Source: Candidatus Enterousia sp. (GTDB lineage Bacteria; Pseudomonadota; Alphaproteobacteria; Rs-D84). From it: a stretch of 64,000 nucleotides of DNA. The DNA is taken from contig JAZLBQ010000004.1 in NCBI GenBank assembly GCA_045613785.1, forward strand, positions 64,001-128,000. The letters are read 5' to 3'. Below are positions 16,121-26,846 of this stretch, one piece after another (the first letter of the stretch is position 1; each line of letters begins with the position of its first letter). Below the pieces are notes generated by a model that ran no database searches, was not told where the DNA came from, and saw only the letters and a program-made list of their open reading frames with translations. Both the position numbers and the translations under genes were made by a program.

Positions 16121-19100
16121 ATGGCAGTTATCCAGAAACTTAGAAAATCTTTTGGAAAAAGTTTTTTGCAAACTCCGCTTCCTGATTTAGTTGAAATTCA
16201 ATATAATTCATATAAAAACTTCTTGCAGGCAGATGTCGCCCCAGAATCTCGCAAAGACATGGGGTTGCAAAATGTATTTAAATCAATGTTCCCAATCAAA
16301 GACTATGCCGGCATTGCCGAGTTGAAGTTTGTGGAATATACATTGGATAAACCAGTATACAACGTAAAAGAATGTATGCTGCGTAATATGACATACTCCA
16401 GCAAGTTGAAACTGAAGCTGAGCTTGACTTTATGGGATGTCGCCGAAGACGGCACAAAAAGCCTGCGTGACATCAAAGAACAAGAAATATTTATGGGCGA
16501 AGTGCCATTGATGACTGAACGTGGCAGCTTTATCGCATCAGGTGTTGAACGTGTTATTGTATCCCAGATGCATCGTGCCCAGGGTGTTGTTTTTGCGACA
16601 ACCAAGGAATCAAAGGTTGCGGGAAATCCAACAACATATACCGCACGTATTATTCCAGAACATGGTTCTTGGATTGATTTCGAAGAAGCCAAAGGTATTA
16701 TTTATGTTCGTATTGACCGCCGCCGCAAAGTTCCTGCGACGGTTCTGTTGCGTTGTTTGCCAAGTGCCCAAGACGAAAAGAAATGGGCAGAAGATCCACG
16801 CAAACCAACAATTCAGGGTATGTCAGATACTGAAATTTTGGGTGTATTCTATAATCGTATTCCATTGGCATTTGATGGTAAAAATTGGGTTGGCGAAACA
16901 GCCAGTTTCCAGGGCTTGGATAAATTTAGCCTGAACTTTGATTTGTTGTCAACCAAAGGCAACAAGACAATCTTGGCCAAGGGCGATCGTCTGAACGGCA
17001 AGAATACCAAGAAATTGATGGCAGAACAGAATTTCGAAATCGAATCAGAAGCATTAGAAGGCGAATATCTGTTTGACCCAGTTATCTCTGGCGATGAAGT
17101 TATCTTCCCAGCAGGCACAGAAATCACCGAAGAAGTATTAAAGACACTGGACGAATTAGCTATCAAAGAAATCAGTCTGATTGCAATTGATAACAAAACA
17201 GTCAGTGCTCATATCCGCAACACATTGTTAGCAGATAAAACAACAAATCGTGAAGAAGCCCTGATTGAAATCTATAACATTATCCGTCCGGGTGAACGTC
17301 CAACATTGGAAGCTGCAATCAATCTGTTTATGCGTCAAGGCTTTGAACCTGCATATTATGATTTGTCTGCTGTTGGTCGTTTCAAGATGAACAAACGTTT
17401 GAAAATCGACTCTGGTAAAAAACCAGAAGACGAACGCTTGTTGACTAAATCTGATTTCTTGGCAGTGTTAAAGACATTGACAAACATCATCGACCGCAAA
17501 GATACAGTTGATGACATTGATAACTTGTCAAATCGTCGTGTTCGCACAGTTGGCGAATTGCTGGAACAGAATTTCCGCACAGGTATGGTTCGCATTGAAC
17601 GTTTGGTTCGTGAAGCATTGTCTTCTCAGAATATTGCAAACATGCAGCCACAAGATGTTATCAATGTAAAGCCATTGATGTCATTGGTTTCTGAATTCTT
17701 GGGAACATCACAGTTGTCTCAGTTTATGGATGCATATAATCCATTGTCAGAACTGGAACACAAACGCCGTATTTCTGCATTGGGTCCAGGTGGCTTGAAC
17801 CGTGACCGTGCAGGCATCGATGTCCGTGACGTTCACCCAACACACTATGGTCGTCTGTGTCCAATTCACACCCCAGAAGGTGCGAACATTGGTCTGATTA
17901 ACCACTTGTCAACATATGCACGTGTAAATCCATACGGATTCATTGAAACACCATACTATGTTGTCAAAGATGGCAAAGTCACCAGTGAAATGAAATATTT
18001 GACTGCAGACGAAGAATTGGGTCATAAAATCGCTCAGGGTAATACCCCAACTGCCAAAGACGGCACATTTACCGAAGATACGGTTACTGCACGTGTTGAC
18101 GGCGAATTTACTATGGTATCCAAGGACGAAATTGACCTTATCGACGTTGAGCCACGTCAGGTGGTATCTATCGCAACAGGTTTGATTCCATTTGTTGAAA
18201 ATGACGACGCTAACCGTGCATTGATGGGATCGAACATGCAACGTCAGGCTGTTCCATTATTGCGTGTTCAGGCACCATTGGTTGGAACAGGTATTGAACG
18301 TGAAGTTGCACGTGATTCTCGCACTGGTAAGGTTGCAAAACACAGTGGTGTTGTTGAATCAGTTGACGCAAATCGTATTGTGGTAAAATGTATGAACAGC
18401 CGCAATGTTGTGACAGGCGTTGATATTTACAACTTGGAAAAATTCGAACGTTCAAACAGTGAAACAATCATTCACCAGAAACCATTGGTCAAGGTTGGCG
18501 ACCGTATTTCAATGGGCGACATCATTGCTGACGGTTCATCTATGAACTATGGTGAATTGGCATTGGGTCGCAACGTCTTGGTTGCATTTATGCCATGGCG
18601 TGGATATAACTACGAAGACTCTATTGTTATCTCTGAACGCATTTCACGTGACGACGTATTTACATCTGTAAAAATCGTTGAAAAGGAATTCAAAGTTCGT
18701 GACACCCAGTTAGGGCCAGAAGCATTGACTCGTGATATTCCAAACGTCGGTGAAGAAGCGTTAAAGAACTTGGACGAATCAGGTATTATCTATGTTGGTG
18801 CCCGTGTAAAACAGGGTGATATTTTGGTTGGTCGTGTGACACCAAAATCAGAAACACTGTTGACACCAGAAGAAGCGTTATTGCGTAACATCTTTGGTGA
18901 AAAGGCACTGAATGTAAAGGATACATCACTGCGTGTTGGTCCAAACGAAGAAGGAACAGTTATCGGTGTAAACGTTTTGACCCGTCACGGTGTCAAGAAA
19001 GACGAACGCACCCAGATGATTGAATTGCAGAAAATCGAAAAAATCAACAAAGACCGTGAAGAAGAAATTGCAATTATCGAAAAGGGCTTTGCTGATCAGA

Positions 19101-20254
19101 TTTTCCAAATCGCAGAAAACCTGGAAATCGAAGCAGGCACTGGCAGTTTGAAACCATTTGTTGGCAAGAAACTGACAGGCGAAGTCTTTGAAGGTGTCCG
19201 TGCATCTGATATCAAGAAATTGGTTGTCAAGGACAAAGAAGCCCAGGAAAAAATCGAAGAACTGCGTGAACAGCACGTTCAGAAATTAAAGATGCTGAAC
19301 GACAAGGCTGATGCGGAAGTTGCCAAAGCGACTGAAAGCAATTCATTGAATGCTGGCGTTTTGAAGGAAGTGAAAGTTTACATTGCACACAAGATGAAAT
19401 TACAGCCAGGTGATAAAATGGCGGGTCGTCACGGAAACAAGGGTATTGTATCCAAGGTTGTCCCTGTCGAAGATATGCCACACTTGGCGGACGGAACACC
19501 TGTTGATTTAGTTTTGAATCCGTTGGGTGTGCCATCACGTATGAACATCGGTCAGATTTTGGAAACTCACCTTGGTATGGCTGCCCGCACATTGGGTGCT
19601 CAGATTGGTGCAGTTTTGGACGAAGTCAAGGCCAAGCGTGCTGTAACTGACGATTTACGCAAAGAAATGGGCAAGGTATATGGTGCTGACGTTGCTGAAA
19701 AACTGGAAAAAATGACAGACACAGACGTTCGTGCCCAGGCTGCATTATTGCGTGACGGTGTTCCAATGGCGACACCAACATTTGACGGTGCGACATCCGA
19801 AGACATTCGTGGAATGTTGAAATTAGCAGGTCTGCCAGAAACAGGTCAGTTTGATTTGTATGACGGTATGACAGGTGAAAAGTTTGCCCGTCCAGTGACA
19901 GTTGGTATTATGTATATGCTGAAACTGCATCACTTTGTTGATGAAAAGATTCACGCACGTTCAATCGGTAATTATTCATTAGTTACCCAGCAGCCATTGT
20001 CAGGTAAGGCCCACATGGGTGGTCAGCGTTTGGGTGAAATGGAAGTGTGGGCACTAGAAGCCCACGGTGCAGCCCACTTGCTGCGTGAAATGTTGACGGT
20101 AAAATCTGACGATATCACCGGCCGTAACAAGATGTATGAATCCATCATCAGCGGCAGTGATGATATCCAGACCGGCACACCAGAAGCGTTCAACGTATTT
20201 GTGCGTGAACTGCGTGGGCTTGGGTTAGCGATGACCCCAAAAAAAATTGATTAG
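16121..20254 (+). CDS. rpoB: RNA polymerase beta subunit
   Basis: SQLSQFMD, HKRRISALGPGG, GDKMAGRHGNKG, GGQRLGEMEVWALEA; start placed at ATG 16121 after AAGGA. Confidence 0.99.
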   Translation: MAVIQKLRKSFGKSFLQTPLPDLVEIQYNSYKNFLQADVAPESRKDMGLQNVFKSMFPIKDYAGIAELKFVEYTLDKPVYNVKECMLRNMTYSSKLKLKLSLTLWDVAEDGTKSLRDIKEQEIFMGEVPLMTERGSFIASGVERVIVSQMHRAQGVVFATTKESKVAGNPTTYTARIIPEHGSWIDFEEAKGIIYVRIDRRRKVPATVLLRCLPSAQDEKKWAEDPRKPTIQGMSDTEILGVFYNRIPLAFDGKNWVGETASFQGLDKFSLNFDLLSTKGNKTILAKGDRLNGKNTKKLMAEQNFEIESEALEGEYLFDPVISGDEVIFPAGTEITEEVLKTLDELAIKEISLIAIDNKTVSAHIRNTLLADKTTNREEALIEIYNIIRPGERPTLEAAINLFMRQGFEPAYYDLSAVGRFKMNKRLKIDSGKKPEDERLLTKSDFLAVLKTLTNIIDRKDTVDDIDNLSNRRVRTVGELLEQNFRTGMVRIERLVREALSSQNIANMQPQDVINVKPLMSLVSEFLGTSQLSQFMDAYNPLSELEHKRRISALGPGGLNRDRAGIDVRDVHPTHYGRLCPIHTPEGANIGLINHLSTYARVNPYGFIETPYYVVKDGKVTSEMKYLTADEELGHKIAQGNTPTAKDGTFTEDTVTARVDGEFTMVSKDEIDLIDVEPRQVVSIATGLIPFVENDDANRALMGSNMQRQAVPLLRVQAPLVGTGIEREVARDSRTGKVAKHSGVVESVDANRIVVKCMNSRNVVTGVDIYNLEKFERSNSETIIHQKPLVKVGDRISMGDIIADGSSMNYGELALGRNVLVAFMPWRGYNYEDSIVISERISRDDVFTSVKIVEKEFKVRDTQLGPEALTRDIPNVGEEALKNLDESGIIYVGARVKQGDILVGRVTPKSETLLTPEEALLRNIFGEKALNVKDTSLRVGPNEEGTVIGVNVLTRHGVKKDERTQMIELQKIEKINKDREEEIAIIEKGFADQIFQIAENLEIEAGTGSLKPFVGKKLTGEVFEGVRASDIKKLVVKDKEAQEKIEELREQHVQKLKMLNDKADAEVAKATESNSLNAGVLKEVKVYIAHKMKLQPGDKMAGRHGNKGIVSKVVPVEDMPHLADGTPVDLVLNPLGVPSRMNIGQILETHLGMAARTLGAQIGAVLDEVKAKRAVTDDLRKEMGKVYGADVAEKLEKMTDTDVRAQAALLRDGVPMATPTFDGATSEDIRGMLKLAGLPETGQFDLYDGMTGEKFARPVTVGIMYMLKLHHFVDEKIHARSIGNYSLVTQQPLSGKAHMGGQRLGEMEVWALEAHGAAHLLREMLTVKSDDITGRNKMYESIISGSDDIQTGTPEAFNVFVRELRGLGLAMTPKKID

Positions 20255-20353
20255 TGGTTAGGCTTGGTTGCCACATTTTGTGGCAACCAAACTGACAACA
20301 CTAATGACTAACCACTAACAAACTCTTTAAGCGACTGAAAGGAGCGAAATATA

Positions 20354-23300
20354 ATGAGCAATATGTTGCAAAAGATATTTGGACAAATTGAAACCAAGGA
20401 ACAGTTTGATGCACTTCGCATTACAATTGCGTCTCCCGAAGAAATTTTGTCCTGGTCCCATGGTGAAGTTAAGAAACCAGAAACAATTAACTATCATTCA
20501 ATGAAACCAGAAGCCGAAGGTCTGTTCTGTCAGCAGATTTTTGGTCCTGTCAAAGACTATGAATGTGCCTGTGGGAAGTATAAAAGAATTAAATTCCGTG
20601 GCGTTGTTTGTGAAAAGTGCGGTGTAGAAGTTGGGTCTTCATCTGTTCGTCGTGAACGCATGGGGCATATTAAATTGGCGATGCCAGTTGCCCACACATG
20701 GTTCTTGCGTGAAGGCAAGATTGCAACACTGTTGAACAATCTGCCACAAAAGAAACTGGAACAGGTTATTTCATACGATGCATATATCGTAATTGAACCA
20801 GGTTTAACAAATCTGAAATTGTATGACGTTACCAGCGAAGACGAATACCAGGCAGCAGTTGAAGAATTTGGTGCTGACGCATTCCGTGTTGGCATTGGTG
20901 CCGAAGGTGTTCGTGAAATCATCAGTGGCTTGGATATGGGCGACGAACGCACACGTCTGCGTACAGAATTGGCTGAAACAAAATCAGAAACAAAACGTCG
21001 TGCACTGATTAAACAGTTAAAATTGGTCGAAGCGTTCTTGGATTCCAAGACAGAACCAGCATGGATGATGCCGGATATTATCCCTGTTATCCCACCTGAT
21101 ATGCGTCCATTGGTGACATTGGATGCAGGACACGTTGCTGCGTCTGACTTAAATGACTTGTATCGTCGTGTTATTATCCGTAACAATCGTCTGAAAAAGT
21201 TTATGGAAATGCACGCCCCAGACATTATTATCCGCAACGAAAAACGTATGTTGCAGGAAGCGGTTGATTCATTGTTTGATAATGGCCACAAGGCACGTCC
21301 AATGGTATCTCAGAACCGTCGTCCATTGAAATCATTGTCTGATTCATTGCGTGGTAAATCTGGTCGTTTCCGTATGAACATGTTGGGTAAACGTGTTGAC
21401 TATTCTGGTCGTTCGGTTATCGTATCTGGTCCAACATTGAAATTGCACCAGGTTGGTTTGCCAAAGACAATGGCATTGGAATTGTTCAAACCATTTGTAT
21501 ATTCACGTTTGTTGTCTGGCGATCATGCTAATACATTAAAGACAGCACGTAAGATGGTTGAAAACGGCGAAGATATTGTATGGGATATTCTGGAAAAGGT
21601 TATTTATCAGCATCCTGTATTGTTGAACCGTGCACCAACATTGCACCGTTTGTCATTGCTGGCATTTGAACCAGTTTTGATTGAAGGCAAGGCAATCCGT
21701 CTGCATCCATTGGTATGTAAGGGCTTTAATGCTGACTTTGACGGTGACCAGATGTCTGTTCACGTTCCAATTTCACTAGAAGCACAATTAGAAGCACGCA
21801 CATTGATGTTGGCATCGAATAATGTATTGTCGCCTGCAAATGGTAAGCCAATGATTGTTCCATCTCAAGACATGGTTTTGGGTGTTTACTACATCTCGTT
21901 GATAAACGGCAAACACGATGAAAAGTCTCCACGTTTTGCCAATATGGACGAAGTGAAGTTGGCATTGGATAAAAAGGCAATTACACTGCACACACCAATT
22001 GTTGCACGTATCAACGGCAAGCGTTATGAAACAACAGCAGGTCGTATGATTTTGGGTGAATTATTGCCAAAATCAGAAAATATGCCATTTGACCTGGTGA
22101 ACAAGACAATGCCAGTAAAAGAAATCGAAGCATTGTTGGCAACGACTTATGAACGTTGTGGCGACAAGGCGATGATTTTGTTGGCTGATGCATTAAAGAA
22201 CACTGGTTTTGAACAGGCTGCACGCAGTGGTATTTCAATTGGTTATGACGACATTGTTATTCCTGCAGAAAAGAAGAACATGATTGAAAGTTCCGAAAAG
22301 ACAGCCAAGGAAATCGAAGAACAGTATCAGAACGGTTTGTTATCAGGCAACGAACGTCACAATAAATTGATTGACTTGTGGCAGAAGACAACTGATGAAC
22401 TGGCTGACAAAGCATATGATGCATTGTCAAAAAGCGAAGGCGACAACTGGAATTCTGTTCACATGATGGCGTTGTCTGGGGCTCGTGGTTCAAAGCGTCA
22501 GATTCAGCAGTTGGCAGGTATGCGTGGTATGATGCAGAAGCCAGACGGCTCGATTATCGAAGTTCCAATTATTTCGAACTTTAAAGAAGGTTTGACCATG
22601 TCTGAATACTTTACGTCAACCCACGGTGCACGTAAGGGTATGTCGGATACGGCTTTGAAGACAGCTGACGCTGGTTATTTGACACGTCGTTTGGTTGAAT
22701 TGGCACAGAACACTGTCATCACAGAACATGACTGTGGCACAGATGAATACATTACAGCAAAACCAGTTTACACAGGTTCTGTATTGTCTGTTCCATTGGG
22801 TGATGTGGTCTTAGGACGCACAGCCGCCAAGGATATTATCCACCCAGACACCGAAGAAGTGATTGTTCCAAAGGGCGAATTGATTACCAAGGCAGCGTCC
22901 AAGATAATCAATGAATCTGGTTTACCATCTGTTGATGTTCGCAGCGTTTTGACATGTTGTTCAGACGGTCTGTGTGCAAAATGTTATGGTATGGACTTGT
23001 CACGTAATTCATTGGTTCACGTTGGCGAAGCAGTTGCTGTTATCGCTGGTCAGTCTATTGGTGAACCTGGAACACAGTTGACACTGCGAACCTTCCACAT
23101 TGGTGGTATTGCTGCTGGTGGTGCAGACAGTCACTATATCGAAGTTCCAGTTGCTGGTAAGATTAAATTGTCAGATGTGAATACGATCAAGAACAGTGCG
23201 GGTCGCATTGTTGTGGTCAACCGCAATGGGAAACTGGCGGTCACAGATGACGAAGGCAAAGAATTGTATAGTGCATCATTGCCATACGCAGCTGTTTTGA

Positions 23301-24469
23301 TTGCAAAAGACGGTGATATAGTCGAAAAGAAGGCCAAGGTTGCTGAATGGGATCCATACTCAAACACAATCATCGCTGAAAAAGACGGTAAAGTATGCTA
23401 TAACGACTTGATTGAAAATGTATCATATCAAGAAAATGTTGATGCGATGACAGGTATTACATCACGCAAGGTTATCAAATGGAATGATAACACAAAGAAG
23501 TCTTTGAAACCTGCAATCACACTGGTTGATGACAAAGGCGAAATCATTTCATTGGGTGGCAAAAAGATTGCTGAATACCTGTTGCCAACATACTCTGTTT
23601 TGAACGTCAAAGATGGCGATAAGGTTCAGGCTGGTGATATTATTGCACGTATTCCTGTCCAGACAAAACGAACAGGCGACATTACTGGTGGTTTGCCACG
23701 TGTTAATGAATTGCTGGAAGTTCGTCGTCCAACAAATCCTGCTATTTTGGCAGAAGTTGACGGAACAGTTGATTTGGAAGAAGCCAAGAACAAAAGCAAG
23801 ATTATTGTTCGAATCAATCCTGCTGATGGTTCAGAACCAGTTGAATACATTGTTCCAAAGGGTGCAAACTTATTGGTCAGAACAGGTGATGAAGTTAAAA
23901 AGGCTGACAAATTGGTTGACGGTGATCCAGTGCCACAGGATATTTTGCGTATCTCTGGCCAGAAAGCATTGGCAACCTTTATGGCAGACCAGATTCAACA
24001 GGTTTACCGCTTACAAGGTGTGACCATCAATGACAAGCACATTGAAATCTTGATACGTGAAATGACACGCCGTGTTGAAATCACCAACCCAGGCGACACC
24101 AGCTTCTTGATGGGGCAGGTTGTTGACCGTGTTGATTTCGAAGAAGAAAACGCACGTGTTGCACGTGACGGTGGTCGCCAGGCAGAACGTTCAGAAGTTT
24201 TGGTTGGTTTGACCCGTGCATCATTGACATCACGTTCATTTATTTCGAACGCATCGTTCCAACAGACGACCAAAGTTTTGGTTGACGCTGCAATCAGTGG
24301 TTCAACAGACAAATTGGTTGGTATAAACGAAAACTTGATTGTTGGTCGTTTGATACCGATTGGAACGGGGGCATATGTCCGTCGTGTTCGTGAAATTGCC
24401 CGTGAAGAAGAAAAAGCGGAAAAATTGGCTCGTGAAGGCAATGCCCAGCAGCAATTGATGGACATTTAA
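20354..24469 (+). CDS. rpoC: RNA polymerase beta' subunit
   Basis: NADFDGDQM catalytic motif, N-terminal zinc finger, GEPGTQLTLRTFH. Confidence 0.99.
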   Translation: MSNMLQKIFGQIETKEQFDALRITIASPEEILSWSHGEVKKPETINYHSMKPEAEGLFCQQIFGPVKDYECACGKYKRIKFRGVVCEKCGVEVGSSSVRRERMGHIKLAMPVAHTWFLREGKIATLLNNLPQKKLEQVISYDAYIVIEPGLTNLKLYDVTSEDEYQAAVEEFGADAFRVGIGAEGVREIISGLDMGDERTRLRTELAETKSETKRRALIKQLKLVEAFLDSKTEPAWMMPDIIPVIPPDMRPLVTLDAGHVAASDLNDLYRRVIIRNNRLKKFMEMHAPDIIIRNEKRMLQEAVDSLFDNGHKARPMVSQNRRPLKSLSDSLRGKSGRFRMNMLGKRVDYSGRSVIVSGPTLKLHQVGLPKTMALELFKPFVYSRLLSGDHANTLKTARKMVENGEDIVWDILEKVIYQHPVLLNRAPTLHRLSLLAFEPVLIEGKAIRLHPLVCKGFNADFDGDQMSVHVPISLEAQLEARTLMLASNNVLSPANGKPMIVPSQDMVLGVYYISLINGKHDEKSPRFANMDEVKLALDKKAITLHTPIVARINGKRYETTAGRMILGELLPKSENMPFDLVNKTMPVKEIEALLATTYERCGDKAMILLADALKNTGFEQAARSGISIGYDDIVIPAEKKNMIESSEKTAKEIEEQYQNGLLSGNERHNKLIDLWQKTTDELADKAYDALSKSEGDNWNSVHMMALSGARGSKRQIQQLAGMRGMMQKPDGSIIEVPIISNFKEGLTMSEYFTSTHGARKGMSDTALKTADAGYLTRRLVELAQNTVITEHDCGTDEYITAKPVYTGSVLSVPLGDVVLGRTAAKDIIHPDTEEVIVPKGELITKAASKIINESGLPSVDVRSVLTCCSDGLCAKCYGMDLSRNSLVHVGEAVAVIAGQSIGEPGTQLTLRTFHIGGIAAGGADSHYIEVPVAGKIKLSDVNTIKNSAGRIVVVNRNGKLAVTDDEGKELYSASLPYAAVLIAKDGDIVEKKAKVAEWDPYSNTIIAEKDGKVCYNDLIENVSYQENVDAMTGITSRKVIKWNDNTKKSLKPAITLVDDKGEIISLGGKKIAEYLLPTYSVLNVKDGDKVQAGDIIARIPVQTKRTGDITGGLPRVNELLEVRRPTNPAILAEVDGTVDLEEAKNKSKIIVRINPADGSEPVEYIVPKGANLLVRTGDEVKKADKLVDGDPVPQDILRISGQKALATFMADQIQQVYRLQGVTINDKHIEILIREMTRRVEITNPGDTSFLMGQVVDRVDFEEENARVARDGGRQAERSEVLVGLTRASLTSRSFISNASFQQTTKVLVDAAISGSTDKLVGINENLIVGRLIPIGTGAYVRRVREIAREEEKAEKLAREGNAQQQLMDI

Positions 24470-24475
24470 TAAAAA

Positions 24476-24498
24476 ATCCCGGGGGCAACCCCGGGGAT
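24476..24498 (+). terminator. Terminator after rpoC
   Basis: CCCGGGG-GCAA-CCCCGGG stem with GNRA loop. Confidence 0.65.
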
Positions 24499-24568
24499 AA
24501 AACTTTTTCTTGCAAATCGTAATGATTTGAATAAAATAGGACAGTTATAACATAAAAAGGATAAAAAA

Positions 24569-24718
24569 ATGGCAACGCCAAAAAGTAAAACAAGTAAAGC
24601 CCGCAGTGCCCAGCGTCGTTCACACGATGCATTGTCTGTAATGCCTTGTGGTGTATGCAAAACATGTGGCGAAAAGAAACGTCCACATCACGTTTGTTCT
24701 GCATGCGGTGCGAAATAA
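24569..24718 (+). CDS. rpmF: 50S ribosomal protein L32, zinc-binding type (missing from ORF track)
   Basis: MATPKSKTSKARSAQRRSHDALSVMPCGVCKTCGEKKRPHHVCSACGAK; upstream of plsX. Confidence 0.96.
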   Translation: MATPKSKTSKARSAQRRSHDALSVMPCGVCKTCGEKKRPHHVCSACGAK

Positions 24719-24789
24719 TATAACTAACAACAAAAATACAAGGCAGGATTCTGGGTGCATGTATGTGCCCGTTCTGCCTTTTTTAAACT

Positions 24790-25854
24790 ATGTCACACGA
24801 AAAAAAAATTATTGCTATTGATGCCATGGGCGGCGACAAAGGACCAAATGCTGTTCTTGGTGGAATGAATCAATATTTATACCAGCACGGCGAAAATGAA
24901 GTTTCATTTCGTCTGTTTGGTGATGAAAAGAAGTTGCGTAAATTATTGGCAAAATACCCCCGTGTTTCCCGAAATGTAGAGGTTATACACGCTCCGAATG
25001 TTATTCGTGGCACGGACAAGGTTATGGATGTTTTGCGTCATGCCCAGGACACATCGATGTATATGGCGATTAAGGATGTCCGTGAAGGAAAATCTACTGC
25101 CGTTATCAGTGCCGGCAATACTGGCATTTTGATGTCTTTGTCAAAATTGGCATTAAAGACGATTGATGGAATTTCACGTCCTGCGATTACAACGATGTTG
25201 CCATCTGGTGCTGGAGACAGCCGTGTAGTTGTTCTTGATTTAGGTGCAAACGTTCATTGTGATGAAACTATTTTGTTTGATTTTGCCATATTAGGCAGTG
25301 TCTATGCCGAAGTAGTAGGAAAAATGCCAAAACCAAAATTGGGCATATTGAATATCGGTTCCGAAGAAACCAAAGGCAATGAAACTCTGGTTCACTTGAA
25401 CAAAATTCTGACGGCTAACAAAGACACATTACCATACGACTACATCGGTTTTGTCGAAGGGAATGACATCAGTGCAGGTCGTGTTCAGGTTGTTGTAACA
25501 GATGGGTTTACTGGCAATATTGTTCTTAAAACCGTCGAAGGGACTGCAAAATTGATAAAGCGGGTTATTGTTGAAAACTTCAAGAAATCAATTCTGGCAA
25601 TAATCGGTGCGTTTTTCTTGGTTCACGTATTCAAGCGGCTTAAAAACAAGATTGATCCACGCTCGTATGCTGGTGCTACATTCTTGGGCTTGCGTGGGTT
25701 TGCGGTCAAGACGCACGGTAACAGTGATGCCTTGGCGTTTGCAAATTCAATCCATTACACAGCCAAACTAACAAGTGCGAACTTAAATGGTTTGATTGCA
25801 GAACGGGCTCGTGCATTGGCTGATGTTCGTGCTACAATCAAGAACGAAGAATAA
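24790..25854 (+). CDS. plsX: Phosphate acyltransferase PlsX
   Basis: IAIDAMGGD, SAGNTG, LDLGAN, DGFTGNIVLK, KTHG. Confidence 0.97.
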   Translation: MSHEKKIIAIDAMGGDKGPNAVLGGMNQYLYQHGENEVSFRLFGDEKKLRKLLAKYPRVSRNVEVIHAPNVIRGTDKVMDVLRHAQDTSMYMAIKDVREGKSTAVISAGNTGILMSLSKLALKTIDGISRPAITTMLPSGAGDSRVVVLDLGANVHCDETILFDFAILGSVYAEVVGKMPKPKLGILNIGSEETKGNETLVHLNKILTANKDTLPYDYIGFVEGNDISAGRVQVVVTDGFTGNIVLKTVEGTAKLIKRVIVENFKKSILAIIGAFFLVHVFKRLKNKIDPRSYAGATFLGLRGFAVKTHGNSDALAFANSIHYTAKLTSANLNGLIAERARALADVRATIKNEE

Positions 25855-25880
25855 TTATAAACATACAAGGAAGAATATAT

Positions 25881-26477
25881 ATGTTGAAAAAAACAGACGT
25901 TGTTTTGTTTGATTTTGATGGAACTCTTTCTGCGCTGGATTCAAATATTGAATTTGCGAAATATTGTTTTCGTCGCAGCCTTCGTCCCTGGCTTTTTTTA
26001 CCATTGATGGGGATTAGTGGAATTTGCCGTTGGGTTCGTCCAAATGGTGTTTGGTGGCGTGAAAACATCCGTCGTTTTATGACACCTGAAATGGTTCGTC
26101 GTTTTGCACCTGGTTTTATAAAGCAGCACAAACGTGAACGTTTTGGTTGGGCCAAAGAACGTGTTCAGTCCGAACGTGATGCTGGTCGCAAAGTATTGCT
26201 AATATCTGCTAGCACAGATTATTTAATCCCAGGGCTTGTTCGTGATATGAAATTTGATGCGGTATTTTGTTCAAAAATGGACGCAAAAAAACCATGGCGT
26301 TATAAGTTCTTGTGTTGGGGCGAAAACAAAGTTATCGCAATGGATGAATGGGCGAAAGAAAACAAAATTATTCCAAATGTTGTTCGTGCCTATTCGGACA
26401 GTAAATCAGACTTGCCGATGATGGAATTGGCTCAAGAACAGGTCTGGATTGACAAGAAAACAGGTCTAAGAAAATAA
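25881..26477 (+). CDS. HAD-IB family hydrolase
   Basis: FDFDGTL, ISAST, CWGENKV, AYSDSKSDLPMM. Confidence 0.9.
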   Translation: MLKKTDVVLFDFDGTLSALDSNIEFAKYCFRRSLRPWLFLPLMGISGICRWVRPNGVWWRENIRRFMTPEMVRRFAPGFIKQHKRERFGWAKERVQSERDAGRKVLLISASTDYLIPGLVRDMKFDAVFCSKMDAKKPWRYKFLCWGENKVIAMDEWAKENKIIPNVVRAYSDSKSDLPMMELAQEQVWIDKKTGLRK

Positions 26478-26517
26478 GCCTGGTGCATTATTGCTAAAAC
26501 AATGTTAAAGTGTTTCT

Positions 26518-26823
26518 ATGGTCTTGGTAGAAACACTTTTTGATTTACTTAGTGCATCTTTTGGTGCGATTTGTGGTGCTGTATTTGCGTTTTTTCTAAA
26601 TCGCAAGCGTAACAAGTCGATGGCAACCCAGTTGGTTGTCAGCCGTCAGGCACTGGAAAAGATAAAGCTTGAAAACCAAGATTTGTTGCATCAGGTTCAA
26701 GACAAAGAGAATTTGATTCTGCAACTGCAACTGCAAATTTTGGGCAAGCATACAAATCCGCCAGATGGTTCGCAGGACGAAAAACAAAAATCTAAACCCA
26801 GAAAAAATAAAAAGAAAAAATAA
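26518..26823 (+). CDS. Hypothetical membrane-anchored coiled-coil protein
   Basis: N-terminal TM, heptad-rich segment, basic tail; hairpin follows. Confidence 0.7.
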   Translation: MVLVETLFDLLSASFGAICGAVFAFFLNRKRNKSMATQLVVSRQALEKIKLENQDLLHQVQDKENLILQLQLQILGKHTNPPDGSQDEKQKSKPRKNKKKK

Positions 26824-26845
26824 CCGGCATATTTGCCGGTTTTTC
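26822..26845. terminator. Bidirectional terminator
   Basis: AACCGGCA-tatt-TGCCGGTT between convergent genes. Confidence 0.65.
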
Positions 26846-26846
26846 A

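Noticed and set aside
17690-17800. Intrinsic rifampicin resistance in RpoB cluster I
   Set aside because: Residues equivalent to E. coli Q513, D516, H526 and S531 are conserved despite neighbouring substitutions
20557-21291. 244-aa minus-strand ORF and other antisense ORFs in rpoBC
   Set aside because: Shadow frames caused by codon bias of highly conserved genes
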